A DNA stretch of 64,000 bases, taken from the NCBI GenBank assembly GCA_951406725.2, contig OX597814.1, forward strand, positions 206,646,001-206,710,000. Direction: 5' to 3'. A model generated the notes under the pieces. The model was not told where the DNA came from and did not search any database. It saw nothing but the letters and a program-made list of their open reading frames with translations. Shown here piece after piece: positions 1 through 11,953 of the stretch (the first letter of the stretch is position 1; each line of letters opens with the position of its first letter). This DNA comes from Octopus vulgaris (lineage: Eukaryota). A program made the position numbers and the translations under genes.

Positions 1-147
1 CATTATTTTTGCAGCTAGATGCCCTTCCAAATGCAAGCCATTTCACAATGTGCAGTGGATGCTTTTTACATGGCACCAGTGCTGGCAGGGTCACCAAGAT
101 AATGAATTATGAGAGGGGCAAGGCATTTGATGAGGAGAGCTTGTGTC

Positions 148-1497
148 AGATGATGAAAGGTTAGAGTGTGACAGAGAGACAGAAACAGGGGTCTTGCCAT
201 AACAGAGAGGGCATTGGAGGAGGTGATCCAGTAGTAGATGATGAAATGTTAGAGTGTGACAGAGAGACAGAAACAGGGGTCTTGCCATAACAGAGAGGGC
301 ATTGGAGGTGGTGATCCAGTAGTAGATGATGAAAGGTTAGAGTGTGACAGAGAGACAGAAAGAGGGGTCTTGCCATAACAGAGAGGGCATTGGAGGAGGT
401 GATCCAGTAGTAGATGATGAAATGTTAGAGTGTGACAAAGAGACAGAAAGAGGGGTCTTGCCATAACAGAGAGGGCATTGGAGGAGGTGATCCAGTAGTA
501 GATGATGAAATGTTAGAGTGTGACAGAGAGACAGAAAGAGGGGTCTTGCCATAACAGAGAGGGCATTGGAGGTGGTGATCCAGTAGTAGATGATGAAATG
601 TTAGAGTGTGACAGAGAGACAGAAAGAGGGGTCTTGCCATAACAGAGAGGGCATTGGAGGTGGTGATCCAGTAGTAGATGATGAAATGTTAGAGTGTGAC
701 AGAGAGACAGAAAGAGGGGTCTTGCCATAACAGAGAGGGCATTGGTGGAGGTGATCCAGTAGTAGATGATGAAATGTTAGAGTGTGACAGAGAGACAGAA
801 AGAGGGGTCTTGCCATAGCAGAGAGGGCATTGGAGGAGGTGATCCAGTAGTAGATGATGAAATGTTAGAGTGTGACAGAGAGACAGAAAGAGGGGTCTTG
901 CCATAACAGAGAGGGCATTGGAGGTGGTGATCCAGTAGTAGATGATGAAATGTTAGAGTGTGACAGAGAGACAGAAAGAGGGGTCTTGCCATAACAGAGA
1001 GGGCATTGGAGGTGGTGATCCAGTAGTAGATGATGAAATGTTAGAGTGTGACAGAGAGACAGAAAGAGGGGTCTTGCCATAACAGAGAGGGCATTGGTGG
1101 AGGTGATCCAGTAGTAGATGATGAAATGTTAGAGTGTGACAGAGAGACAGAAAGAGGGGTCTTGCCATAGCAGAGAGGGCATTGGAGGAGGTGATCCAGT
1201 AGTAGATGATGAAATGTTAGAGTGTGACAGAGAGACAGAAAGAGGGGTCTTGCCATAACAGAGAGGGCATTGGTGGAGGTGATCCAGTAGTAGATGATGA
1301 AATGTTAGAGTGTGACAGAGAGACAGAAAGAGGGGTCTTGCCATAACAGAGAGGGCATTGGTGGAGGTGATCCAGTAGTAGATGATGAAATGTTAGAGTG
1401 TGACAGAGAGACAGAAAGAGGGGTCTTGCCATAACAGAGAGGGCATTGGTGGAGGTGATCCAGTAGTAGATGATGAAATGTTAGAGTGTGACAGAGA
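148..1497. repeat. 88-bp intronic satellite array, ~15 copies
   Basis: Monomer agatgatgaaatgttagagtgtgacagagagacagaaagaggggtcttgccataacagagagggcattggaggaggtgatccagtagt repeated with period 88. Confidence 0.97.
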
Positions 1498-3530
1498 AAT
1501 AAAGAAGCAGAGATAGATGTCTTGCTATAGAGGAGAGACATGGTTACCGAGGGACAGAGAAAGAGGTACACAAAAGAGGCCAGAAATTGGTGTGAAGGAA
1601 GTATTTGATTACCTAGGCAGAGGGACAACAAGAAGAGAGAGAGAGAGAGAGAGAGAGAAAATGAGGAAGAATGAGACATGCAAATCTAGTCGTAACGATT
1701 TCAACTTTGCAAGAGGAACCACAGAATTAAGTGAAGACATTTTTTATCGATGGAAATGAATTCAAGAGTGCAAAATGTAGCAGAAAAATGGTGTTAAACA
1801 TTCATAGAACTGGCCCCCCAAAAAATTAATTTGTGGACAGTTCTATATAAAACAACTGAAGTCAAAAGTAGGGAAGTGGAGCAGGCAACACAGCAGCAAA
1901 TAGAGAAATACCTAGAAGCAGTTTAGAAAAGCAAAGCCTACGTAGCCAGGTTAAAGAAAGAAATATGGGACTGTCAAAGTGCGGTCTGTCTCAGAGGAGG
2001 AGACCAAAAATAACTGGACGGCCATCCTAGCAAGGGACAAACACATTGTCATCCCCATCTACTTTGGTCGAAGAATATTCAGAGTTAGAATACTCAACAT
2101 AATGCCAACCATTTTACAGTGTGGACTGGAAGCTGCTTTTCTCATGGCACCAGCACTGGTGAGGTTACCAAGTATCTTGCAAGCCCCCTGATGGAACTGG
2201 GGAGTGGGGAGGTGGCTTGAGGCCAGGGCTAGAAAGTCTAAAAGTTTGCCAGAGGGATAAGCACATAGATATAGAGGAGACTCGTGGCGTCCTTATATTT
2301 ATGCAAGGGTGCATGACAGTATCTGGAAGGGAGAAAGATGGTGGTAATAGGGTTCCAGAGCATAGTCTCAAGTTACAAGAAGGGGAGTATAAGGGAGACA
2401 GTGGATGAGGAAAGAAGGAATGGGAGGGTAATGGCATCAGAGTGTGAGATGAGAATGGCAGAGGTTAGAGATGGGGCTTGAGGTGGATGTACGAAGTGAG
2501 GAACAATGGTTTGAGGTGGAGTTGATAGACTGACGGGGCTCGGTAAGGAGGAGGTGACAAGAAGCAGCATAGGAAGGGTGGAGAGCAGCAGAACCATCAA
2601 TCTGTTGATAGATGAGGAGGAAGGGAGATGATGACCAGGATCTGACAGCAGAGGGAAAGCAAAGATGATGAACTGTGAAAGAGATGGGAGTCAGAGATAC
2701 ATGGGGGTGGCTATAGTGAGCGGGGCCAGAAAACTGGAGGGAGTATTAGCAATGGCTGTGAGAGGGTGTTGAGAATGATTGCAGATAGGAGAAGTGTTCA
2801 ACAGGAAACCTGGCAGAGAAAGGTGTAGCTAAGAGGGGTGGGTGGGAAAGATTAGGGAAGGGACAGAAAGGGATGATCGATGGAAGGTTGTATGGATGGA
2901 GATGATGATGCAAGAGATGCAACTGGTATTAATGAAAGGGTTGGGGTGGTGATGAATGCTCTCAAATGGTTACAGCAGTAAAGTAGGACCATAGTTAGAA
3001 GAGTATAATAGAGGGATGGGTGTTAGGAAGATGAGATGTGGTGAAGGGGATGCTTCACAGGGGCAAATGTGGGCGTAAGGCCCAGCATGGACAGGAATAT
3101 ATATCACAGTTTTTGGACATGACTTTTGCTGTGACAAATGTGTCTTTATATATCATTTTGTTCAACTTGTGCCAGCATGGACATGAAATGTAGATGGGGA
3201 TAATGCTGATGATGGCATGCCTATACGTATGTACATGATGATCATCATCATTTAGCATCCATTGTCCATGCTGGCATGGGTTGGACTGGGGCTGGCAAGG
3301 TGAGGGGCTACACCATCTCCAGTCTGACATGGTATGGTTTCTACAGCTGGATACCTTTCCTAACACCAATGTAATGGCTGCTTTTATTTACCACCAGCAT
3401 GGATGCTAGATACATGATGCCAGCATCAACCACATGGCCTCTGTATGGCCCATCACCCAAATGGTACTTTTTACGTGATACTGGCATGGCTGGCAGGTAG
3501 GTGACACCTACAAAGACCATAGCTATGATT

Positions 3531-3740
3531 TCATTTGGCTTGATATGTCTTCTCAAGTATGACATATCGCCAAAGGTCTCGGTCACTAGTCATTGCTTCC
3601 ATGTGGCCCATCATTTGAAGATTATGCTTAAGCACCTCATTCCATGTCTTCCTGGGCCTCCCTCTTCTACAGCTTCCTCCCACTGGTAGAGATTGGAACT
3701 TCTTCAGATGTCGTGTGCAGTTGTCTCTCTTGTACACCAC
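3531..3740 (-). mobile_element. RTE-clade LINE 3' fragment (homologs ~22410-22620, ~36820-37032, ~55680-55891)
   Basis: GGSCRRGRPRKTWNEVLK...SDRDLWR is the typical RTE ORF C-terminus. Confidence 0.7.
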
Positions 3741-3908
3741 ATCTGATGGTTCTTATGCCCAGCTAAGATATATATATATATATGAATTGTCAATATAACA
3801 TATATCAGAATGAGAAGCACAATCTAAAGAATAGAGCAGACTTTATGATTGAAAATGTGTATGTTTGTGTGTGTGTATGTATGTATGTTTATATTTGTTT
3901 ATTTTCAG

Positions 3909-4021
3909 GAACCAAACCATCAGACCTTCTTAGTCCACAACAGGAATCGTCCTCTATGACACCTGGAACTAAAGTGACATCCAGAAAATATGATGGCATC
4001 AAAATAAAACTAATGATTTAG
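3909..4021 (+). pseudogene. Exon A, copy 1: stop-containing paralog of exon B (pseudo-exon or alternative terminal/poison exon)
   Basis: Acceptor tttgtttattttcAG, phase 1. Reads (G)TKPSDLLSPQQESSSMTPGTKVTSRKYDGIKIKLMI* and aligns with exon B ENDGIKIQLLID. The exon B donor is absent. Confidence 0.7.
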
Positions 4022-4099
4022 TCAATTTGGCCTATGTGCACCCTAGACTGGTAAAGCGTTAATTAGATGTTTGACTGGTTTTTGAAGTTACTGTTGCTC

Positions 4100-4194
<95 letters not shown>

Positions 4195-4340
4195 TAAGAG
4201 AGTGGTCACTATATTGATCACTCTAGCACCAGTTAATCCAAAAGGTTTCAACCACGAAAACACATGTTTCCCATGAAATCCAGTACGACTGTTAGCTCAC
4301 ACGGACAGGGCAAATAAAAATAACAAAAATACAGATTATT

Positions 4341-4416
4341 TTGGGACAATTGTTTCGCTATTAATGAATTAAATGTAATATTACTTACAATAATCCATTT
4401 GTAGCTCGTCAGCCAA
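4341..4416 (-). ncRNA. Minimal type I hammerhead ribozyme, copy 1
   Basis: Minus strand reads UUGG-CUGACGA-GCUA...UAGC-GAAAC-AAUU-GUC^CCAA. Core intact, stem I UUGG/CCAA, stem II GCUA/UAGC, palindromic stem III ACAAUUGU. Confidence 0.85.
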
Positions 4417-4872
4417 GACTATCTGGATGAAATCCACTCAATCACACGCCAGATTTTACCATAACGATAAATACGCGTGTGGTTCAATTGATTACATCCG
4501 ACGTTATAATTCAAATGCCCCAACCAACAGCGCGCCAAACTCTCACGGAAAACAAAAACAGCATTTAGAAATAAATGCAGCATAATTATAATTAATTAAT
4601 AAGGGTGAGAGAATTAGATACTAATTTAATAGTATATTTATTCCACACCAAGTGGCCTAGTGCTACGAGAAACCTGGATTATTATAATATTTTATAACAT
4701 ATTATAATATTTTCACAAAATAAATATAAGAGAGTGGTCACTATATTGATCACTCTAGCACCAGTTAATCCAAAAGGTTTCAACCACGAAAACACATGTT
4801 TCCCATGAAAGCCAGTACGACTGTTAGCTCACACGGACAGGGCAAATAAAAATAACAAAAATACAGATTATT

Positions 4873-4948
4873 TTGGGACAATTGTTTCGCTATTAATGAA
4901 TTAAATGTAATATTACTTACAATAATCCATTTGTAGCTCGTCAGCCAA
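4873..4948 (-). ncRNA. Minimal type I hammerhead ribozyme, copy 2
   Basis: Identical motif at +532. Confidence 0.85.
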
Positions 4949-5404
4949 GACTATCTGGATGAAATCCACTCAATCACACGCCAGATTTTACCATAACGAT
5001 AAATACGCGTGTGGTTCAATTGATTACATCCGACGTTATAATTCAAATGCCCCAACCAACAGCGCGCCAAACTCTCACGGAAAACAAAAACAGCATTTAG
5101 AAATAAATGCAGCATAATTATAATTAATTAATAAGGGTGAGAGAATTAGATACTAATTTAATAGTATATTTATTCCACACCAAGTGGCCTAGTGCTACGA
5201 GAAACCTGGATTATTATAATATTTTATAACATATTATAATATTTTCACAAAATAAATATAAGAGAGTGGTCACTATATTGATCACTCTAGCACCAGTTAA
5301 TCCAAAAGGTTTCAACCACGAAAACACATGTTTCCCATGAAAGCCAGTACGACTGTTAGCTCACACGGACAGGGCAAATAAAAATAACAAAAATACAGAT
5401 TATT

Positions 5405-5480
5405 TTGGGACAATTGTTTCGCTATTAATGAATTAAATGTAATATTACTTACAATAATCCATTTGTAGCTCGTCAGCCAA
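5405..5480 (-). ncRNA. Minimal type I hammerhead ribozyme, copy 3
   Basis: Identical motif at +1064. Confidence 0.85.
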
Positions 5481-6008
5481 GACTATCTGGATGAAATCCA
5501 CTCAATCACACGCCAGATTTTACCATAACGATAAATACGCGTGTGGTTCAATTGATTACATCCGACGTTATAATTCAAATGCCCCAACCAACAGCGCGCC
5601 AAACTCTCACGGAAAACAAAAACAGCATTTAGAAATAAATGCAGCATAATTATAATTAATTAATAAGGGTGAGAGAATTAGATACTAATTTAATAGTATA
5701 TTTATTCCACACCAAGTGGCCTAGTGCTACGAGAAACCTGGATTATTATAATATTTTATAACATATTATAATATTTTCACAAAATAAATATAAGAGAGTG
5801 GTCACTATATTGATCACTCTAGCACCAGTTAATCCAAAAGGTTTCAACCACGAAAACACATTTTGTGAAAATATTATAATATGTTATAAAATATTATAAT
5901 AATCCAGGTTTCTCGTAGCACTAGGCCACTTGGTGTGGAATAAATATACTATTAAATTAGTATCTAATTCTCTCACCCTTATTAATTAATTATATATATA
6001 TATATATA

Positions 6009-7890
6009 CTGTTGTGTCTGGGGAGGGTCATTTTCTTTTGTGCCTTATAATTTTACACACTCACTGGTGAAATGTCCGCTTAATGTAGAAACTGAGAAGA
6101 ACGTAATGGAGAGCCTCCAGCAAATAGCTAACTCCATCCACCAAAGTATCAAGGTAACTATAGATTAACCCCCACTAAGCACCCCAACAATGGACTCCCT
6201 GTACTTGATACTGAACTTGGGTTAGAGACTTTGAACAAAAGAGTGCAGCTCCTCCACTCTTATTACATGGAACCCGTAACTTCAAACTATGTCGTTCATA
6301 AGAACTCACCTTTCTCACACAACATGGAAATTAAACCATACTGATAGCAGATTTAATTAGAATAATGAACAATGTGTCCCCACTATGCGAACCCTATGAA
6401 ACGACAAAACACATACAGAACTTTATGCACCGCATGCAGTTCTCTGGATATGATCAAAAAGATAGGGTTCGAGTATACAGGGGTGCTAGAAATAAATCTG
6501 AGAACATTATACGTAATGATACCAGTGGTACCTGCCCTAGATATAGAAACAAAGAATGGAATAGGATACAAAGCACTTGTGACAAAGCAAACGGGGTGAA
6601 CACATGGTATAAAAGTGAGAAATATCAAGGAGTGATGTTTGTAGAGGCCAAATCCCATGGAGAACTAGCCTGTAGATTTAGGAAAGCTCTGAAGGAGACC
6701 AAACTCGACATTAAGATTGTTGAAAAGCCAGGGAACTCCGTCAGATCATAACTATGTAGGATGTACCCCTTTAAGAATACCATATGCACCAATGATAACT
6801 GCATGGTATGTAGGATTAGCCCTGGCATTAACTGTAGAACTCGAAATGTAGTTTACAGCATAGGATGCTTAGAAGGTGCTTGTAAAGACATGAACATGAC
6901 GTACGTAGGGGAGACATCTAGGAGCATAGCTGAAAGACTAAATGACCATTTGAAACAATATAACAACAGAAAGCAGTCCTCCATACTCTACCAACATCCC
7001 AAAGACCACCATGGAGGTAACTTGGGTCAACTTGACATCCGCATCTCATCCAAGCAATCAAAAGACGCAACACTCAGACAAATACGGGAGTACGTCCTTA
7101 TAAATGAAACTTTCCTAATACTAAATAGGAAATATACATGGTAGATACCATACGCCCATACCCACAGTTTACACAGGTAGAGTAGAATAGTTAGTGGGCT
7201 GTTATGTAAATAGATTTATGTATGTGTGTGTGTGTGTGGGTATATATGTGTATATGCACATGTATGTAAGCATATGGATATGAAAATAAACAGATCAACA
7301 TACAGATGGATAGGTACATAGGTTATATGAACAAACAAGCACACATACACAAATGGATACTGAAACACAAGACCATATGTACACACACGCTTTACTCCAC
7401 ACAAGGACACATATGGAGATACGTGTCCACACATATAAAGATGCACATCCATACATACAAACATGGTACAAAGTGGCAAAACACACACACACACACACAC
7501 ACACAAGGAGACACAGGTGCATATATACACAAACACACATGCACAAACACGGACATGCAAGCACATGAATATGCAGATTACATACATACAGATGCACTCA
7601 CATACATACATATATACATATGCATACACACATGCATACATACACACATGCATACATACACACACACATGCATGCATAGACACACACACACACTGACCCA
7701 CACACATGCGCACAAACAAACAAAAAGGAACGCAGTGTAAATAACGGACAGAGTCAAGACTATTGAAAAGGTTGCAAGATGCAACGAGAATTTTAGGAAA
7801 ATAAAAAGAAGAAATAAGTGGAAATTTTTGGCAGTGAGTGTGTTAAATTATAAGGCACGAAAAGAAAATGACTCTCCCCAGACACAACAG
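6009..7890 (+). mobile_element. Degenerate Penelope-like retroelement (RT C-terminus + GIY-YIG endonuclease), U1
   Basis: NVVYSIGC...C...TYVGETSRSIAERLNDH...LRQIREYVLINE...LNRK is GIY-YIG-like. An LPVLD RT remnant lies upstream. Internal stops. ~58-bp inverted repeat at 6009-6066 / 7832-7890. Confidence 0.85.
7215..7720. repeat. CA/TA-rich low-complexity tract (homologs in U2 and U3, shortened in U4)
   Basis: Direct reading. Source of the spurious HTHT/VCVC ORFs. Confidence 0.9.
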
Positions 7891-8001
7891 AATATGCTTC
7901 AACACAAACTCACATAAAGAATCTTGCAAACCAAATCCAAAAATGAAATACATATACGGACGTTAAATGATGATGATGATGATGATGATGATATATATCT
8001 T

Positions 8002-8041
<40 letters not shown>

Positions 8042-8078
8042 AAGTGTACATATGTTGATATTTGTTTATTTTTTTCAG

Positions 8079-8215
8079 ACACCACATCATCAAACACATC
8101 TCTTCCTGGCTCGCAAAAGGAAACCTCTTCTGTGGCACCCAGACCTAATGAGACACCCAGAGAAAATGATGGCATCAAAATACAACTATTGATTGATTCA
8201 ATTTCTAATGCATCT
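8079..8215 (+). CDS. Macrodomain module exon B, copy 1 (Ser/Thr/Pro linker plus first macrodomain strand)
   Basis: Acceptor tttttcAG, donor GTGAGT, 137 nt, phase 1->0. Reads (D)TTSSNTSLPGSQKETSSVAPRPNETPRENDGIKIQLLIDSISNAS. Confidence 0.85.
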
Positions 8216-8497
8216 GTGAGTAAATAGATTCACTTAACATATTTACGTTTAATTGTTATTTCATTTGCAAATGAGGAATCATTACAGTTAATTAAAACAT
8301 TTTCTCAATCTAACTCAAACATTTTATTTCCTTCACATCTGATATCTTGAGTATATCTTTTGCTAACTTTAACAACCTCAAACTTACTACAGCCATTCTG
8401 AAAGAGCCTTTCTTAACAACAACATCAACTGCAACAATGTATCTCTCTTCTCTCCACGGAATGTTCCTTAGTTGTTTACCATTAATTACTTTTGTAG

Positions 8498-8725
8498 GTT
8501 GATGTCATCGTTAACAGCACCAATGAAGAACTCCAGCTTAACTGTGGTGCTATCTCCAAATCTATTCTCAATGCTGCTGGTCCACAGATACAAGATGAAT
8601 GTAACCAGAAATTTCGTCGAAGTATTTCTACATCTGAAATTGCCATCACTAAAGGATATAAGCTCAACTGTAAGAATGTATTTCATCTGGTATTACCTTA
8701 CTGGAATGAATATCATTCTGATTCA
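8498..8725 (+). CDS. Macrodomain module exon C, copy 1 (N-terminal half of PARP14/BAL-type macrodomain)
   Basis: Acceptor ttttgtAG, donor GTAAGT, 228 nt, phase 0->0. Reads VDVIVNSTNEELQLNCGAISKSILNAAGPQIQDECNQKFRRSISTSEIAITKGYKLNCKNVFHLVLPYWNEYHSDS, matching the DVIVNS..L.L..G.vSk.il..AG..lq.EC..T.G..L.CK.V.H macrodomain pattern. Confidence 0.93.
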
Positions 8726-9335
8726 GTAAGTATCAATCATATTATATTGATTTATTGAAAGAGTTAATGTTTGAAGGGAACCTTATGCATGTTGTGTGAG
8801 AATCATAAAGCAAATGTCAGCATCCTGTTTAATATTTGTTCTTCCAAGTTATCATTGGAAGGAAGCAGAAGATATCGATGAACAGGACACTTTTATATAT
8901 AAATAGAAGGAAAAAAGCCTCATGGCCTAACAACAGTTATGCGACTGATAAATAAGACTATATTAAAACATATTTCTCTGTTTTACTGTCTGTATTGGTG
9001 AGTTTTTCTCTGTCATGGCACGAGCACTAGAGAGGTTGTCATGTCCTCAACAACACTAAAGACTCCTCTTGGGTCTGCATTCTCTCTCTTCATTCACCAA
9101 CCATTTTACACGGTGGATGGGGTCTGTTTAATTGTAGCAGCATCATGAGTGAGGTTGCCTTGTCTCTTGCAGGACTAAAGAGTGATAGGAATGACAGTTG
9201 TGTTTAGAAGTGGTAGGAGTGAGAGGAGTTGTGAGAGGAGGATATATTTATTACAACTTAATGGTTTCTTCCTGTAATTGGAAAATAATTTAATAAAATG
9301 TTCATTATCAATTACTAAACAATTATTTTTTTTAG

Positions 9336-9563
9336 ATTCTGGCAAACATGACTCGAATAATAACCACTTGTCTGGAAAATGCTGAGAGAATGGGAGCAAA
9401 AAGCCTGGCATTTCCTATATTAGGGGCTGAAATGAAATACCCCATTGGAAAACTACCCAGAACAATGTATGAAGCAGTGAAAAACTACTCAGATCAAAAT
9501 TCAAGCCAGATCAAAGATGTTTACTTTGTGGTTTTACCTGAAGAAGACAGAGAAATAGCAAAG
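9336..9563 (+). CDS. Macrodomain module exon D, copy 1 (C-terminal half of macrodomain)
   Basis: Acceptor ttttttAG, donor GTTGGT, 228 nt, phase 0->0. Reads ILANMTRIITTCLENAERMGAKSLAFPILGAEMKYPIGKLPRTMYEAVKNYSDQNSSQIKDVYFVVLPEEDREIAK, with the CL..A....kSiAFP.lG...v.fv macrodomain motifs. Confidence 0.93.
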
Positions 9564-9659
9564 GTTGGTTGATGTTTTTGTTGTTTGTTGTTTGATGTTG
9601 ATATTTTTGGAATTTACCAAAAGCATATTCTGCAAAAAATGAAGAAAATAGAAACAAGA

Positions 9660-10110
9660 ATCTGGAATCATTTTATAAATTTCCCCGCATGACATCCATA
9701 TGCCTTCTGTCCTGGCAAGCTTACTTGGTCTCATCACCACTGTAGCACATTTTGAGAGTCCAAACTCCATCTTGATATCATTCACAAAAATCTGCACAGA
9801 CTGGATTAAGCTGTCCAGTTCTGTCTCACTATTTGTTAACAATTTTGAGTCATTCCTGAATGCCTGCTGGTAAAGTTTTCGCTTACCTCTTCCCACATCA
9901 AACCCCAACTTTGTCTTCTGCTGTATTTCACTTAAGGGGTTTTATTCACAGTGAAAAAAAATCAGTGGAGACACACTGTTCCCCTGGAAGAGTCCTCTGT
10001 TGATATCCACCTCTGCCAGTACTTTTCATACTCTTCCATATAAAGCTTTTCATGTGTTTTGCTACTCCGTATATTTCTTTAGTTCTTGCTGTCCAAGATT
10101 ATGTTATCAA
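9660..10110 (-). mobile_element. Non-LTR RT fragment, R4/Dong-like (homologs ~26625-27075, ~41142-41595, ~59540-59995)
   Basis: DSKLLTNSETELDSLIQSVQIFVNDIKMEFGLSKCATVVMR resembles the post-YxDD region of RLE-clade RTs. Confidence 0.7.
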
Positions 10111-10141
10111 TCATTATTATTATTGTTGTTGTTGTAGTTGA

Positions 10142-11953
10142 TGTTGTGTGAGAGTAGAGTGCCCCCTGGCGAGAATGGACTGGGCCACTATATATAAAAA
10201 AGTAGTAGTGGTCTGATTAAGCGTGGAAGTTCGGATTGGAGGGCAATTCATGCTAGTTCTACAGTTCATAAGTTGATAGTCAAAGCTGGAGTTGAAAGTT
10301 TACAGTTCGAGTTAGCATGTTGGTTTGTTGGTTGTTAAAGGATTGTTGTTATGTTCTGCGTGGATACTGCCAGTTTTTCATTACACTGTTGCAGTGTATT
10401 TGTTTATCCATGAGGATAAACATATCTGGCAACAAGGATTGTTTGAAACTTCACAGGAAATAGCTTCAAGAGAAGCAACAGCAACAACCACAAGAGCTGC
10501 AAAAACAAATACTACAACATCAACAACAGTAATTGAGTTTTACAGTCAGTGAAGTCCGCAAGTCCAGTAAGATTGTTTATGCCAGATGGCACGGCTAACA
10601 CAATTTCTAAATTTACGTATAATCCAGAGGAGAATATTATGTCTCCCGTGTATTATAGAAGATATGAGGAAATTTTTAACAATGAGTGCAAGTCACGGTC
10701 GGAGGAGGAGTAAGGCTTTCACTACACAAGGTAGCTCCTGCCAAACATGAGCAGTACTGTAACTTTATTCTGCCCAGAAAGTTGAGTGAGATTGATTTCC
10801 AAGATGGCGTGGAATTGTTTTCAAAATTTTGTTTGTAAAAGTTCATTGTTGAGCGCTTTAATGGAGTAGTCAGCCATACGTGTGAAAATTTCAAACTTCA
10901 GCATCTCACTCAGGATATGTTCAAATCACTTACCTTCATGTAAGGACTTATAGCACTTGAAGACATTCAGGCAAGGATTCTCTTGAAAATGGAGCAAGCA
11001 AACCAGGATTCATCTCTACAGACCCTCACTGAAGAACGTCAGACTATAGTAAATGATGTGAAAATAATGGCGGATAAAGACTCTGCAAAACTTCAAATGT
11101 GTTGCCCTGGAAAGCAGAATCCAAAAAGTATCAGGCCCCAAACTGTGTTATGGTTATGGAGGCCTACACTACAAAAAGGATTGTCCTTTTAAAAACAAAA
11201 AGTGCTATAGTTGTCATAAGCTGGGACACAGGAGTTCTCATTGCAGAACAAGACTGCAAGGCTCAAATACAAAAAGTTCTAAGGTGTTTTCAGCAGAGAT
11301 CGATTGTGATGGAGAAACAAGAAAATTCGTGCATGTAAAGATAAATGATGTGAATACCAAATTACAGTTAGACTCAGGTAGTGACATCTTCATTATAAAT
11401 GCAGATACTAGGGAAAAATTAGTAAACCGAGATTACGCAAAGCAGCGAAAATAGCATGTGGTGTAACGGGCGACAAATTACATTTGATGGACAAAACATG
11501 TATCGACATCACATTTCGAGGAGAGACACGTGAAGCAAAATTATTCGTCTGTTTGGTACAGATTGGCTAGAACTATTCAATTTATGGTACCTCCCTGTAA
11601 ATCTTTACTGCAATAAAATAAATGGTTGTCATGTTAAAAACAAGTCTACAGAAGAAGTGAAGGAAAAATTGGAAAAAAAATGTTCCTGCAAGTGTTATTT
11701 AAAAGAGTGTTAAGAGAAGCAGTAAATGAATCAAAATGTCATTAACTGCGGTTGACCGGTGTGTTTGTTCTTCCTGTTTTGTCATCCATTTTGTGGGGGA
11801 AGGGCAGCTCAACTGAATATATTTTTCTGTCAAAAGTTGTTTGCATTTTCCCCGTCACCATTGGAGAAAGCCCAACAGAACATGGTGAGGCCTATATGTG
11901 AAAGAGGGGGAGAGATCGAGGCTCAAATACAAAATGCTTTAGGTTCTGTCTAA
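10142..11953 (+). mobile_element. Ty3/Gypsy LTR retrotransposon relic with ~2 kb internal pol deletion, U1
   Basis: Putative 5' LTR from TG at 10142 with TATA-like motif. Degenerate PBS-like tggcaacaaggat at 10427. CCHC knuckle CYSCHKLGHRSSHC and protease LDSGSD. Joins directly to the integrase end. Confidence 0.82.

Larger units (their letters stand above)
4184..5992 (-). mobile_element. 532-bp tandem array (3 full copies + partial + inverted terminal piece), Penelope pLTR/retrozyme-like, inserted in a (TA)n tract, U1 only
   Basis: agtggtcact recurs at 4201, 4733, 5265 and 5797 (period 532). 5861-5992 is the reverse complement of the monomer end. (TA)n lies on both sides. Absent at the homologous (TA)n in U2, U3 and U4. 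Confidence 0.88.

Noticed and set aside
1979-3050. ORFs MRSVSEEETKNNW... and the purine-rich tract after them as host exons
   Set aside because: The first ORF spans a deletion junction and frames differ between units. Probably old retroelement debris whose family I cannot assign.
7216-7784. His/Thr- and Cys/Val-rich ORFs (also 24238-24822, 38702-39621)
   Set aside because: Translations of CA/TG low-complexity sequence
8472-8729. ORF-track proteins overlapping exon C (MFTINYFCRL..., MKYILTVELIS... and homologs)
   Set aside because: Alternative-frame or antisense shadows. The spliced frame starting at 8498 gives the macrodomain.
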